Of a DNA stretch of 31,676 nt, positions 8,318-18,068 are shown piece after piece. The position numbers and the translations under genes were made by a program. Origin of the DNA: Crocinitomicaceae bacterium. Lineage in GTDB: Bacteria > Bacteroidota > Bacteroidia > Flavobacteriales_D > Sanyastnellaceae. How positions within the stretch are numbered: the first letter of the stretch is position 1; the number at the start of each line of letters is the position of its first letter. The notes under the pieces were generated by a model. That model did no database searches, was not told the DNA's origin, and worked only from the letters and a program-made list of their open reading frames with translations. The stretch spans positions 1 through 31,676 of the forward strand of contig JADLBA010000062.1 in NCBI GenBank assembly GCA_020848015.1, in the 5' to 3' direction.

Positions 8318-8749
8318 ATGTTGAGTCTAACCTGTAAGGCATCTATCAAAGCGGTTGTATATCTTGGTTCAAAAACCGACCCGGATAACAGAGCGAGTAT
8401 TATTGAAGTTTCCGAACACATCAATGAAAACGTGCATACGGTCGGGAAACTTTTACAAAAATTAGTGAAAGAAGGAATAATCAACAGTGTGAAGGGACCA
8501 AACGGTGGGTTCTACATTACACTAAAACAAAAGGAACAGCCGGTAATCAATATCATTCATGCGATAGACGGCAAGGATGTTTTCAAACAATGCGGACTTG
8601 GCCTGAGCAAATGCAGCGAAGCGAGACCATGCCCTTTTCACAATGATTTTAAACCTATCCGGGAACTTTTTAGAAAAATGTGTGCCGAAAAAAAAATCCG
8701 GGAGCTGTATGAAAATGTAAATAGCGGACTGGCATATTTGATAGGATAG
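8318..8749 (+). CDS. Rrf2-family transcriptional regulator (Fe-S binding)
   Basis: Winged-helix SVKGPNGGF motif and C-x6-C-x5-C-x2-H cluster motif. Start probably MLSLTC (8318); 8306 is the alternative. Confidence 0.92.
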   Translation: MLSLTCKASIKAVVYLGSKTDPDNRASIIEVSEHINENVHTVGKLLQKLVKEGIINSVKGPNGGFYITLKQKEQPVINIIHAIDGKDVFKQCGLGLSKCSEARPCPFHNDFKPIRELFRKMCAEKKIRELYENVNSGLAYLIG

Positions 8750-8932
8750 GCGCCTGAACAAATATTTATTCTGCCGGAGCACTCTGATAACCGGAATACT
8801 GTTTTCACTTCGTTACTCTAAAGTTACGTCCATTTTTTCTGCACTTGGGAAAGAATTTATTTCAGATCAAAATACAGGAAAATAACTTCCGTTACTTTGA
8901 CTATCTTTCCGCTATCTAAATCCATTTAACGT

Positions 8933-11900
8933 ATGTACTACCTCCGCGTGAGTAAAGTTGCTTCTGCAATTGCTGTCGCATTTCTATTGCTATCTGGTCT
9001 GACTTCCTGTAAGGAGAAAAATGGATCAATCAATCCTGCTTTTGCGCGCTATATTTCTGCCTTTACCAGTGGTACCATTTCCGCCGCCGGAAATATTCGC
9101 ATCAGGCTTACAGATGTATTTGCAGAAAACATTGTGCTGAACGAGCCGATCAAAGAAAAATGGATTGATTTCTCTCCCAATATTGAAGGAGACCTTATCT
9201 GGATTGATACGCAGACTCTTGAATTCCGGCCAAAAGAATGGCTGAAAAGAGGTGAAACCTACCATGCAGAATTTGAGCTTGGCAAGTTGATAAAACTGCC
9301 TTCAAACCTCCATGACTTTGAGTTCAATTTTACCGTGCTCAGCCAGAATATGGATTGTGAAATTCGTCAGATCAAGCCATATAGAACTGATGATCTGCGT
9401 TGGATGAGCATGAGTGGTATTGTACGTCTGATAGACGTTGCGGATATATCAGAACTCGAAAAAACTCTTTCAGCGGCGGGGAGCGGAAAAACCCTTCCTA
9501 TTACATGGACTCATTCAGAAGATAAGCACTTGCATTACTTTACGGTTGACAGTGTGGAAAGAAAAATTTCTCCCTGCATTGTGGACTTCAATTGGAACGG
9601 TAAAGCCATCGGAGCAGAGCAATCTGGCAGTAGAACCATTGAAATACCGGCTCTGGATGATTTTAAAGTATTTTTCCACGCCGTCAATCAGCACCCGGAA
9701 CAATACATTATTCTGCAATTTTCCGATCCTTTAGATCCATCTCAAAATTTGTCGGGCTTGGTGGATCTTGTGAACGACGGTGCCGAAAGGCTTACGATCG
9801 AAAGTAATGAGGTAAAACTCTACCCGTCTTATCGCTTTGCCGGAAATACTGAAATACACATCCATCAAGGAGTAAAAAATATCTCGGGAGTTGCCTCCAA
9901 ACAGGAGCAGGTTTTTTCAGTGTCTTTCGAAGATCTTAAACCCGACGTGGAAATTCCAGATAAGGATAGAGTCATTTTACCTTCTACCAATGGACTGGTG
10001 TTTCCTTTTCGCGCAGTTAATCTGTCAGCAGTGGACGTAGAAATTATCCGCATCTTTGAGAACAATATTCCACAATTTCTCCAGGTAAATGCCCTGGACG
10101 GCAATCGTGAAATGAGCCGTGTAGGGAGAAAAATTCTCAAAAAAACAGTTCAGTTAAATTCCGATGGAAAAACCAACCTTGCTACCTGGAATACCTTTTA
10201 CCTGAATCTTGATGAGATAATAAAAACCGAACCCGGCGCAGTATATCGTGTGGCAATTTCATTTATTAAACGCTACAGTCTTTACCATTGTGAAGGAGAC
10301 GACGATGACAAATACGACGGAAATATGCAACCTCTTAGCGGCAATTGGAACGAAAGCGAAGAGGAGGAATACAGCGACTGGAATTACTATGAAGATTATT
10401 ACTACGAGGATTATTATTATGATGAATATGGCGACCGTGGAAACCCTTGCAGTGAAGAGTACTATTCAGGAAGAGCAAAATCAAAGAATATCCTCGCTTC
10501 CGACATAGGAATTATTGCAAAAAATGGGGTGGATAATACCTGCCATTTTTTTGTGACTGATATCAGAACTTCGAAGCCTATCAGTGGTGCGGAGCTGGAT
10601 GTACTCAACTTCCAAAACCAGAGTATAGGTAAAATAAAAACAGACAGTGAAGGAAAAGCTGTTATTCCCATTTCTGGCGGAAAGCCGTATTTGCTTGTTG
10701 CTAAAAAGGATAAGCAGCGAGGATACCTTAAACTGGATGACTCCCATTCATTGTCCACAAGCACCTTTGATGTAGGAGGATCGGCAACTGAAAGTGGAAT
10801 GAAAGGGTTCATATATGGTGAGCGCGGTGTATGGCGCCCTGGAGATACGCTGTTCCTCTCCTTCATTCTCGAAGACGAGCGTCAACTTTTACCTGAAGGC
10901 CATCCGGTCAATTTCGAGTTGGTAAATCCCCGCGGGCAAGTGATCCGGAAAATGGTGAAGAGTAAAGGGGAAAATGGATTTTACCGGTTCACCACTCCAA
11001 CAGATAGTGATGCTGAAACGGGGAATTATGCCGCTAATATCAGAGTGGGTGGAGCAACATTCTCAAAATCGCTAAAGATCGAAACCATTAAACCCAACCG
11101 CCTCAAACTCTCTCTCAATTTCGGAACTGAAAAAATTACTTCGCTAAACAAAGATGTGAGGGGCACACTTACTGCTAAGTGGCTGCATGGTGCCTCTGCC
11201 CGCAACCTGAAAGCAATGGTCAGCAGCTCTTATTCTCAATCCTCCACCTCTTTCAACCAGTATTCTGACTATGTATTTGACGACCCTGTCAGAAGTTTTT
11301 CAGGTGAAGAAAAGATCATTTTTGAAGGATATACTAACAACGAAGGAGTAGCAAATATCTCATTTGACACCGATCTGTCGAATCGTGCACCTGGTATGGT
11401 GAACGCAAACTTTAGTGTAAAGGTATTTGAAGAGGGGGGTGATTTTTCTGTGGATCGTTTTACAATTCCTTATGCCCCTTACAGTCACTTTGCGGGGATC
11501 AGGCTTCCTAAAGGCGATAAAATGCGGAATATGCTTCTGACTGATACCGATCAGAAGGTGGATGTAATCACTGTGGATGCCAATGGCAAAGCCGTCGCAA
11601 GAAAAAATATTCAATGGAAGTTGTACAAAGTAGCATGGAGATGGTGGTGGGAAAAAAGCAGCAACGATCTTGCTAATTATACGGGAAGCGAAAGCACTAC
11701 ACCGGTTGCTGAGGGATCTATCACTACTAATTCAGACGGGCGCGGTAGTTTTTCATTTCAAGTTCATTACCCTGACTGGGGGCGGTACCTCGTGCGCGTA
11801 GAAGATCCCGGGAGTGGTCATGCTACCGGGCAAACCGTCTATTTTGATTGGCCGGGCTGGGCAGGAAGAGCACAACGCGAAAACCCAGGTGGTGCCAGTA

Positions 11901-14539
11901 TGCTGGTGTTTTCTACTAACAAGGAAAAATATACTGTAGGAGAAGAGTGCGAAATTTCCTTTCCGAGCAGTGGGATAGGACGTGCGTTAGTATCCATTGA
12001 AAATGGAACCCGTATCCTTGAAGCACATTGGGTGGAAGCAAAGAAAGAACAGACAGTATTTAAGTTCAAAACAACTGCTGAAATGGCACCGAATGCCTTT
12101 ATCAACGTGACACTCATTCAGCCGCACGACCAGACTGCGAACGACCTGCCGATAAGGCTGTATGGTATCATGCCGCTTTTAGTAGAAAATCCCGGCTCAC
12201 ACATAGACCCTATAATCAGTGTGAAGGAGGAACTTGAACCGGGAAAAGAATTTGAAGTGAAGGTGAGCGAAAAATCCGGGAAGGCAATGACATACACTCT
12301 GGCGATTGTTGAGGAAGGTCTCCTCGATCTTACCCGCTATAAAACCCCCGACCCATGGAATTATTTTTATGCGAGAGAAGCGTTAGGGATCAACACATTC
12401 GATCTGTATGACCAGGTAATTGGTGCGTTCGGAAGCAAGCTCGAAAGGCTGCTCAGCATTGGTGGTTCAGATGAAGCAGTTGGAAAAGGTAAAAGCAAAA
12501 TCAATCGCTTCAAACCGGTAGTGATGTATGCAGGGCCATTTACAATGGATGCAAAGCAAAGTAAAACGCACAAGTTTGTGATGCCCGATTATGTGGGATC
12601 TGTCCGTGTTATGGTTGTTGCGGGAAAAGATCCTGCGTATGGAAATGCAGAAAAAACAGTACTCGTGAAAAAACCATTGATGGTGCTTGCCTCTCTGCCT
12701 CGTGTGCTGGGGCCTGGAGAGGAAGTGAAATTGCCGGTCACCGTTTTTGCAATGGAGAAAAGTATAAAGAATGTAACTGGAAAAGTGGAGGTCAACGATT
12801 TTTTTACCCTGAATGGAAACGCAACACAGGAAATTAAATTCAATGAACCAGGAGAAGATGTCATCAATTTCGCAATGAAGGTGAAAGAGAAGACGGGAAA
12901 GGGTAAGGTGAAAGTAACAGTGAGCAGTGGTAATTTTAAAAGTACTTACGAGGTAGAAATGGAGGTGCGAAGTCCAAATCCCTCCCTTACTACCGTAAAA
13001 TCAGCAGTAATTGAACCCGGTCAGCAATGGTCTGCCGGTTATGATGCAGTAGGAATGGCGGGCACTAACAGTACTGTACTCGAAGTGAGTTCTATTCCTC
13101 CGGTTGATTTTGGAAGAAGATTGCAGTACTTGTTGGAGTACCCTCACGGATGCATCGAACAAATCACTTCGGGCGCTTTTCCCCAGCTCTATTTGTCTGA
13201 CGTGATGGAGATAGATGAAAAACTCAGCCGGCGGGCAGACGACAACGTAAAAGCAGCGATCAGCCAATTCACTAAATTCCAGACTTCCGGTGGCGGACTT
13301 AGTTACTGGCCGGGCGAAGCTCAAGTGAGCGACTGGGGTACTACTTATGCAGGACATTTTATGATAGAAGCAGAACAACATGGCTTCACACTTCCTGCCG
13401 GCTGGAAGAATGCATGGCTGGCGTATCAGAAGAGAACTGCACAAAACTGGAGGCAAGCTGACTCAAAAAGCGGAAACTATTATTGGAGAGAAAGCGACCT
13501 CGACCAAGCATATCGCCTTTATTCACTAGCGCTGGCGGCGCAGCCTGAAACGGGCGCAATGAACAGGTTGCGCGAATTGCCCGGACTTAGCATTGCAGCA
13601 AAGTGGCGCCTCGCCGCTGCTTATGCTTTGGCCGGTAATAAAGAAACTGCTGAGAAGATCGTTCAGGGACTTTCCTCTTCTGTTGCCCCATACCGATCGC
13701 TTGGTTATACATACGGATCTGGCGAAAGAGATGAGGCGATGATTGTAGAAACGATGGTGTTGCTCGGAAAGAAAACAGAAGCTGCTGACCTTGTAAAAAT
13801 TCTTTCAAATAAATTGTCATCAGAACGCTGGTACAGCACACAAACAACAGCGTATTCATTGATTGCCATTTCCAAGTTTGCCGGCAACAATGCCGGAAAA
13901 GATATCCGCTATGTCTGTACACTAAACGGAAAATCATCACCTGAATTTGTCTCTCAAAAAGCCATGACTAATGAAAGTCTGAATGATAAACTGAAAGGAA
14001 ATATCATTGAAGTAAAAAATACCTCAAAGTCTCTGCTCTACGCAAGGATTATTACTAAAGGAGTTCCATTGAATGGAAATGAAACGACTGCTGGAAACGG
14101 ATTGAGAATGTCGGTCAGTTATTTCGATATGAAAAACCGCCCGATAGATATTGGCCATATTGATCAAGGTACCGACTTCATTGCAGAAGTGAGCGTTACC
14201 CACCCGGGGATTGACGAACCATACAGTGAGTTGGCTCTCACGCAGATATTCCCCAGCGGCTGGGAAATTATTAATTCGAGGATGGATGCAAGCGCAATTG
14301 TGAGTAATGCTGATCAGCCTGAGTTCCTTGATATTCGCGATGACCGGGTGTACACTTATTTTGACTTGTACCGGAATCAGACAAAAAAATTCCGTGTGAA
14401 ACTCAATGCAACATATATAGGAAGGTTTTATTTGCCTGCTGTAAACTGCGAGGCAATGTATGATGCAGGTATCAATGCGCGTACAAAAGGTCAATGGGTA
14501 GAAGTTGTCCGTTCAGGAAGTGTTGCTATGAAGCAATGA
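8933..14539 (+). CDS. Bacterial alpha-2-macroglobulin (YfhM-like) lipoprotein
   Basis: Lipobox LTS-C26. MG-domain motifs (RGVWRPGDT, IETIKPNRLK). Intact thioester motif YPHGCIEQ (13151-13162). C-terminal DIRDDRV...AVNCEAMYD. Lies next to pbpC. Confidence 0.95.
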   Translation: MYYLRVSKVASAIAVAFLLLSGLTSCKEKNGSINPAFARYISAFTSGTISAAGNIRIRLTDVFAENIVLNEPIKEKWIDFSPNIEGDLIWIDTQTLEFRPKEWLKRGETYHAEFELGKLIKLPSNLHDFEFNFTVLSQNMDCEIRQIKPYRTDDLRWMSMSGIVRLIDVADISELEKTLSAAGSGKTLPITWTHSEDKHLHYFTVDSVERKISPCIVDFNWNGKAIGAEQSGSRTIEIPALDDFKVFFHAVNQHPEQYIILQFSDPLDPSQNLSGLVDLVNDGAERLTIESNEVKLYPSYRFAGNTEIHIHQGVKNISGVASKQEQVFSVSFEDLKPDVEIPDKDRVILPSTNGLVFPFRAVNLSAVDVEIIRIFENNIPQFLQVNALDGNREMSRVGRKILKKTVQLNSDGKTNLATWNTFYLNLDEIIKTEPGAVYRVAISFIKRYSLYHCEGDDDDKYDGNMQPLSGNWNESEEEEYSDWNYYEDYYYEDYYYDEYGDRGNPCSEEYYSGRAKSKNILASDIGIIAKNGVDNTCHFFVTDIRTSKPISGAELDVLNFQNQSIGKIKTDSEGKAVIPISGGKPYLLVAKKDKQRGYLKLDDSHSLSTSTFDVGGSATESGMKGFIYGERGVWRPGDTLFLSFILEDERQLLPEGHPVNFELVNPRGQVIRKMVKSKGENGFYRFTTPTDSDAETGNYAANIRVGGATFSKSLKIETIKPNRLKLSLNFGTEKITSLNKDVRGTLTAKWLHGASARNLKAMVSSSYSQSSTSFNQYSDYVFDDPVRSFSGEEKIIFEGYTNNEGVANISFDTDLSNRAPGMVNANFSVKVFEEGGDFSVDRFTIPYAPYSHFAGIRLPKGDKMRNMLLTDTDQKVDVITVDANGKAVARKNIQWKLYKVAWRWWWEKSSNDLANYTGSESTTPVAEGSITTNSDGRGSFSFQVHYPDWGRYLVRVEDPGSGHATGQTVYFDWPGWAGRAQRENPGGASMLVFSTNKEKYTVGEECEISFPSSGIGRALVSIENGTRILEAHWVEAKKEQTVFKFKTTAEMAPNAFINVTLIQPHDQTANDLPIRLYGIMPLLVENPGSHIDPIISVKEELEPGKEFEVKVSEKSGKAMTYTLAIVEEGLLDLTRYKTPDPWNYFYAREALGINTFDLYDQVIGAFGSKLERLLSIGGSDEAVGKGKSKINRFKPVVMYAGPFTMDAKQSKTHKFVMPDYVGSVRVMVVAGKDPAYGNAEKTVLVKKPLMVLASLPRVLGPGEEVKLPVTVFAMEKSIKNVTGKVEVNDFFTLNGNATQEIKFNEPGEDVINFAMKVKEKTGKGKVKVTVSSGNFKSTYEVEMEVRSPNPSLTTVKSAVIEPGQQWSAGYDAVGMAGTNSTVLEVSSIPPVDFGRRLQYLLEYPHGCIEQITSGAFPQLYLSDVMEIDEKLSRRADDNVKAAISQFTKFQTSGGGLSYWPGEAQVSDWGTTYAGHFMIEAEQHGFTLPAGWKNAWLAYQKRTAQNWRQADSKSGNYYWRESDLDQAYRLYSLALAAQPETGAMNRLRELPGLSIAAKWRLAAAYALAGNKETAEKIVQGLSSSVAPYRSLGYTYGSGERDEAMIVETMVLLGKKTEAADLVKILSNKLSSERWYSTQTTAYSLIAISKFAGNNAGKDIRYVCTLNGKSSPEFVSQKAMTNESLNDKLKGNIIEVKNTSKSLLYARIITKGVPLNGNETTAGNGLRMSVSYFDMKNRPIDIGHIDQGTDFIAEVSVTHPGIDEPYSELALTQIFPSGWEIINSRMDASAIVSNADQPEFLDIRDDRVYTYFDLYRNQTKKFRVKLNATYIGRFYLPAVNCEAMYDAGINARTKGQWVEVVRSGSVAMKQ

Positions 14540-14699
14540 GTATCCGGATGATGAAGAATGAAACCCTGATACCTGTTTCTGATAAGCCGGAGCTCCATGT
14601 AGTATCCTTTTTTTTGAGGATTATTATTTTCTGTTTAAGTAAGCGGGCAGAACGGGATCATTCGCAATCAAGAGAATAATTCTTCAATAAAAAGGTGGA

Positions 14700-17033
14700 A
14701 TGAAAAAGAAGTGGAACCTTGTAATTTGCGCTTGTTCGCTTGGGACATTCCTGTTTTTTTTCTTTTGTCTTCCATACGATTTTTTTAATCCAACGACAAG
14801 TTCGGTATTGTACTCAGGTAATGGAGAGTTGATGAGCGCCATCGTTGCTGACGACGGACAATGGCGTTTCCCCGGCAGAAATGAAGTGCCTGAAAAATTT
14901 AAAACTTCATTACTTGCTTATGAAGACGAACACTTCTTCGATCATAATGGTGTTTATCTCCCTCGTATTATCGGTGCAGCATACCAGAACATTGTTGCGC
15001 AAAAGATCGTCAGTGGCGCTAGTACCATCTCCATGCAGGTCATTCGACTCAGTAGAAATAATCCTCAGCGTTCATTCGGAGAAAAGATAATGGAAATGAT
15101 CCGCGCAATGCGGTTAGAGTGGCGCTATTCAAAAAAGGAGATACTCTCCTTGTATGCATCAAATGCACCCTACGGAGGAAATGTTGTCGGAATTGATGCC
15201 GCCGCATGGCGTTACTTCGGCAGGATTCCCGAAGAGCTGTCTTGGGCTGAATCAGCAATGCTCGCCGTACTCCCCAATGCCCCTTCGCTGATTTTCCCCG
15301 GAAAGAATCAAGAAAAACTGCTGGTGAAAAGAAACCGGTTACTTGAAAAACTTTATCGCAAAGGGATTATTGACGAACATATTCTTGAGTTGTCCTGTCT
15401 CGAACCTCTCCCACAAAAACCTTTCCCGTTACCGCAAGAGGCGAATCACCTGCTGATGACCGCCTGCAAAAAATACGGAAAGGGAAGTCGCTTTTCAACT
15501 TCAATAGATGGAGCTATACAGCGACAGGCAAAGAATATTCTGCAACAGCATATCAGCCGCCTGGAGACGAACGGAGTGCACAATGCAGCAATTCTCATAC
15601 TCGATGTAAAAACGGGAAACGTACTTGCATATATTGGAAACAGCGATGATCCTGGAAGCCGGTACAGCAATAAGGTGGATATTATTCAGGCCCCGCGAAG
15701 CACTGGAAGTATTCTAAAACCTTTTTTGTATGCTGCCATGCTGAAAGAAGGACTGATTCTCCCTAACGCCCTTGTGCCGGATATACCTGTACAGTACGAA
15801 GGATTTTCACCGCAGAACTATTCTGAAACTTTTGACGGGGCGGTTCCTGCAAGCAATGCGTTATCACGGTCGTTGAATGTGCCATCGGTCATCATGCTCA
15901 AAGAATATGGTTATCCCCGGTTTTATCACCTGCTGAAAAAAATGCACTTTTCTCATCTGAAGCGCCCCGCTGATTATTATGGGTTGTCTATTATTTTAGG
16001 AGGTGCCGAAGCTAATCTCTGGGATATAACACAGGCATACGCTTCTATGAGCAGGCTGCTGACTAACTACAATGCGACCGGACACTATTTCGAGGTTGCC
16101 TTTGAGCAAGGTCGGCTCGTACCTTCCGAAGAGAAGCGCGACAGCAGTAAAACTGCTTATCCTCTCTTAGATGCCGGCTCGGTTTGGTGTACCTATAAAG
16201 CACTGCTCGAAGTGAACAGACCGGACTCTGAACTAGGATGGGAAGCCTATAATTCGAGCAAACCCATTGCCTGGAAAACAGGAACCAGTTTTGGAAATCG
16301 CGATGCATGGGCTGTAGGCACAACGCCTGAATATGTTGTGGGAGTATGGGTGGGAAATGCGAATGGACAGGGAAGACCTAACCTTACAGGAGTGCAGGCT
16401 GCCGCGCCTTTGTTGTTTGATGTGTTCAATCTCCTTACTTTCCGCTCATGGTTTCGTATTCCATTTGATGAGTTGGAAAAAATTCCTGTGTGCCACGAAT
16501 CGGGAATGCGAGTGGGGCCTCATTGTTCTGCCCCCGACTCTATCTATGTGCCCCGACAGGGGCTGAATTCGGCGGTTTGCTCTTTTCACCGGATCATTCA
16601 TACCAATGCAGCAGGCTACCGCGTAACAAAAGATTGCTCTCCGGATGATATGAAAGAATCGGCCTGGTTTGCTCTTCCTCCTGTGCAAGAATACTATTAT
16701 TCAAAGGTTCACCCAGCCTATAAACCATTGCCATTATATGCCGCAGGATGCAACCCGAATGATCGTTCGCCCATTGGGTTGATCTATCCAAGGTCATCGT
16801 CAAAAATTTTTATCCCCCGCAGCCTCGGTGGTGAGTATGAAATGACTGTTCTGAAGGCGACACACAGTAACCCGAAAGCTATTCTTTACTGGCATCTCGG
16901 CAGCGAATACTTAGGCGAAACTTCCGTTATTCACGATATGCCGGTGCGACCTTTGCCGGGTATATACAAGCTGACCATCGTTGACCAGGACGGACATTTG
17001 TTAGAAAGGAAAATCGAGTTCATTGAAAAGTAG
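14700..17033 (+). CDS. pbpC: Penicillin-binding protein 1C (transglycosylase/transpeptidase)
   Basis: Transglycosylase EDEHFFDHNG and GASTISMQ. Transpeptidase SILK, SLN, KTG motifs. C-terminal BiPBP_C-like domain. Canonical partner of A2M. Confidence 0.95.
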   Translation: MKKKWNLVICACSLGTFLFFFFCLPYDFFNPTTSSVLYSGNGELMSAIVADDGQWRFPGRNEVPEKFKTSLLAYEDEHFFDHNGVYLPRIIGAAYQNIVAQKIVSGASTISMQVIRLSRNNPQRSFGEKIMEMIRAMRLEWRYSKKEILSLYASNAPYGGNVVGIDAAAWRYFGRIPEELSWAESAMLAVLPNAPSLIFPGKNQEKLLVKRNRLLEKLYRKGIIDEHILELSCLEPLPQKPFPLPQEANHLLMTACKKYGKGSRFSTSIDGAIQRQAKNILQQHISRLETNGVHNAAILILDVKTGNVLAYIGNSDDPGSRYSNKVDIIQAPRSTGSILKPFLYAAMLKEGLILPNALVPDIPVQYEGFSPQNYSETFDGAVPASNALSRSLNVPSVIMLKEYGYPRFYHLLKKMHFSHLKRPADYYGLSIILGGAEANLWDITQAYASMSRLLTNYNATGHYFEVAFEQGRLVPSEEKRDSSKTAYPLLDAGSVWCTYKALLEVNRPDSELGWEAYNSSKPIAWKTGTSFGNRDAWAVGTTPEYVVGVWVGNANGQGRPNLTGVQAAAPLLFDVFNLLTFRSWFRIPFDELEKIPVCHESGMRVGPHCSAPDSIYVPRQGLNSAVCSFHRIIHTNAAGYRVTKDCSPDDMKESAWFALPPVQEYYYSKVHPAYKPLPLYAAGCNPNDRSPIGLIYPRSSSKIFIPRSLGGEYEMTVLKATHSNPKAILYWHLGSEYLGETSVIHDMPVRPLPGIYKLTIVDQDGHLLERKIEFIEK

Positions 17034-17265
17034 AAGCCTTTTCATTTTTTGTAGTGTCATGAAAACTGTGACAGTGGATATTACACTATAATGAATCCGA
17101 AAGACTCTAATTTTTATAACAAAACGAAGGCAAGAAATGCTGTGTCTCTGAAGGGATTGAATGGAATGTCAGAAGTTGAACCCTACTTGACTATCTATTT
17201 TTATTTTTTTGGATGATTCATGGAAATGGCCTTACTTAGTAGTCTAACTATTAATATCTGATACC

Positions 17266-18015
17266 ATGTACCAAAAAACAACACTTTTCCATTTCATTTT
17301 TCTTTTATCTATTTACTCTTTCGCACAATCTGGCGTAGCGATCAATTTATCCGGCACTGATCCGGCAGCCTCTGCAATGCTCGATGTTAGCAGCACCGAT
17401 CAGGGGATGCTCATTCCGAGAATGACCGCTACCCAGAAGGCGGCCATTGCAGCACCGGTACAGGGGTTGATGATCTTCCAAACAGACGGGGACTCGGGGT
17501 TCTGGTATTACGACGGCCTATCCTGGACAAAAGCCGGTGATAATCTCGGATCACATACTGCTGCCTCCGACCTCGATATGTCGGGAAACAAAGTGACCAA
17601 TCTTGCCGCCTGCACCTCCAATGCCGATGCTGCCAATAAGGAATACGTGGACAATGCAGTGAGCGCTGGTGGCGGTGGGCCGGTGGTTCCTGATACTACC
17701 TATACTCTTTCAGGATCAAAATTGCTGACCGTTGCTTATGGAGGCACTACTTATACTGGTCCCTCAGACAAAATGTGGGCGATTGAAAGCGCGGTTTATT
17801 CTTCTTATCAATATCCTGTGCGAATTAGCTCGATCAATGGACAGGCATACAGTTATGGCTACATAGGCAATTTCTCATACTCAGGTAATGCCATCTATTG
17901 CATTGCCACACCTTTTGTCCTGCCTCCAGGCACTACTGTTATTTTCGATGTGGGAAGCGGCGCCTCACACAAAGGTCTTGTCAGCATAAGAGAGTATAAG
18001 ATTGCGGTGCAGTAA
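17266..18015 (+). CDS. Secreted hypothetical protein: Bacteroidota LDV...G-L-IPRM N-module, fibre-neck-like motif and C-terminal head domain
   Basis: Signal peptide ending FA-Q. AMLDVSSTDQGMLIPRMT...GLMIFQTD...FWYYDG..W module. KVTNLA...DAANKEYVD. No T9SS CTD. Confidence 0.75.
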   Translation: MYQKTTLFHFIFLLSIYSFAQSGVAINLSGTDPAASAMLDVSSTDQGMLIPRMTATQKAAIAAPVQGLMIFQTDGDSGFWYYDGLSWTKAGDNLGSHTAASDLDMSGNKVTNLAACTSNADAANKEYVDNAVSAGGGGPVVPDTTYTLSGSKLLTVAYGGTTYTGPSDKMWAIESAVYSSYQYPVRISSINGQAYSYGYIGNFSYSGNAIYCIATPFVLPPGTTVIFDVGSGASHKGLVSIREYKIAVQ

Positions 18016-18040
18016 AAATCAACGCAGGATATAGCAAGAT

Positions 18041-18067
18041 GACCCGGATTGCCTCCGGGTCTTTTTT
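18041..18067 (+). terminator. Intrinsic terminator between convergent 17266 gene and dnaG
   Basis: GACCCGGA-TTGCC-TCCGGGTC 8-bp stem followed by T6. Confidence 0.85.
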
Positions 18068-18068
18068 A

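Noticed and set aside
14540-14699. 160-bp gap between A2M and pbpC as an sRNA or small ORF
   Set aside because: No convincing hairpin, terminator or coding signal; the 61-aa ORF overlapping it has no features.
8933-17033. A2M-pbpC pair as a novel defence system
   Set aside because: This is a well-established conserved pair (yfhM-pbpC type); only the internal acidic loop is unusual.
17055-17073. TGTCA-N9-TGACA upstream of the 17266 gene and TTGTC-N13-GACAA (21055-21077) upstream of 21090 as a shared operator
   Set aside because: Only 5-bp arms with different spacers; expected by chance. Would need conservation in orthologues.
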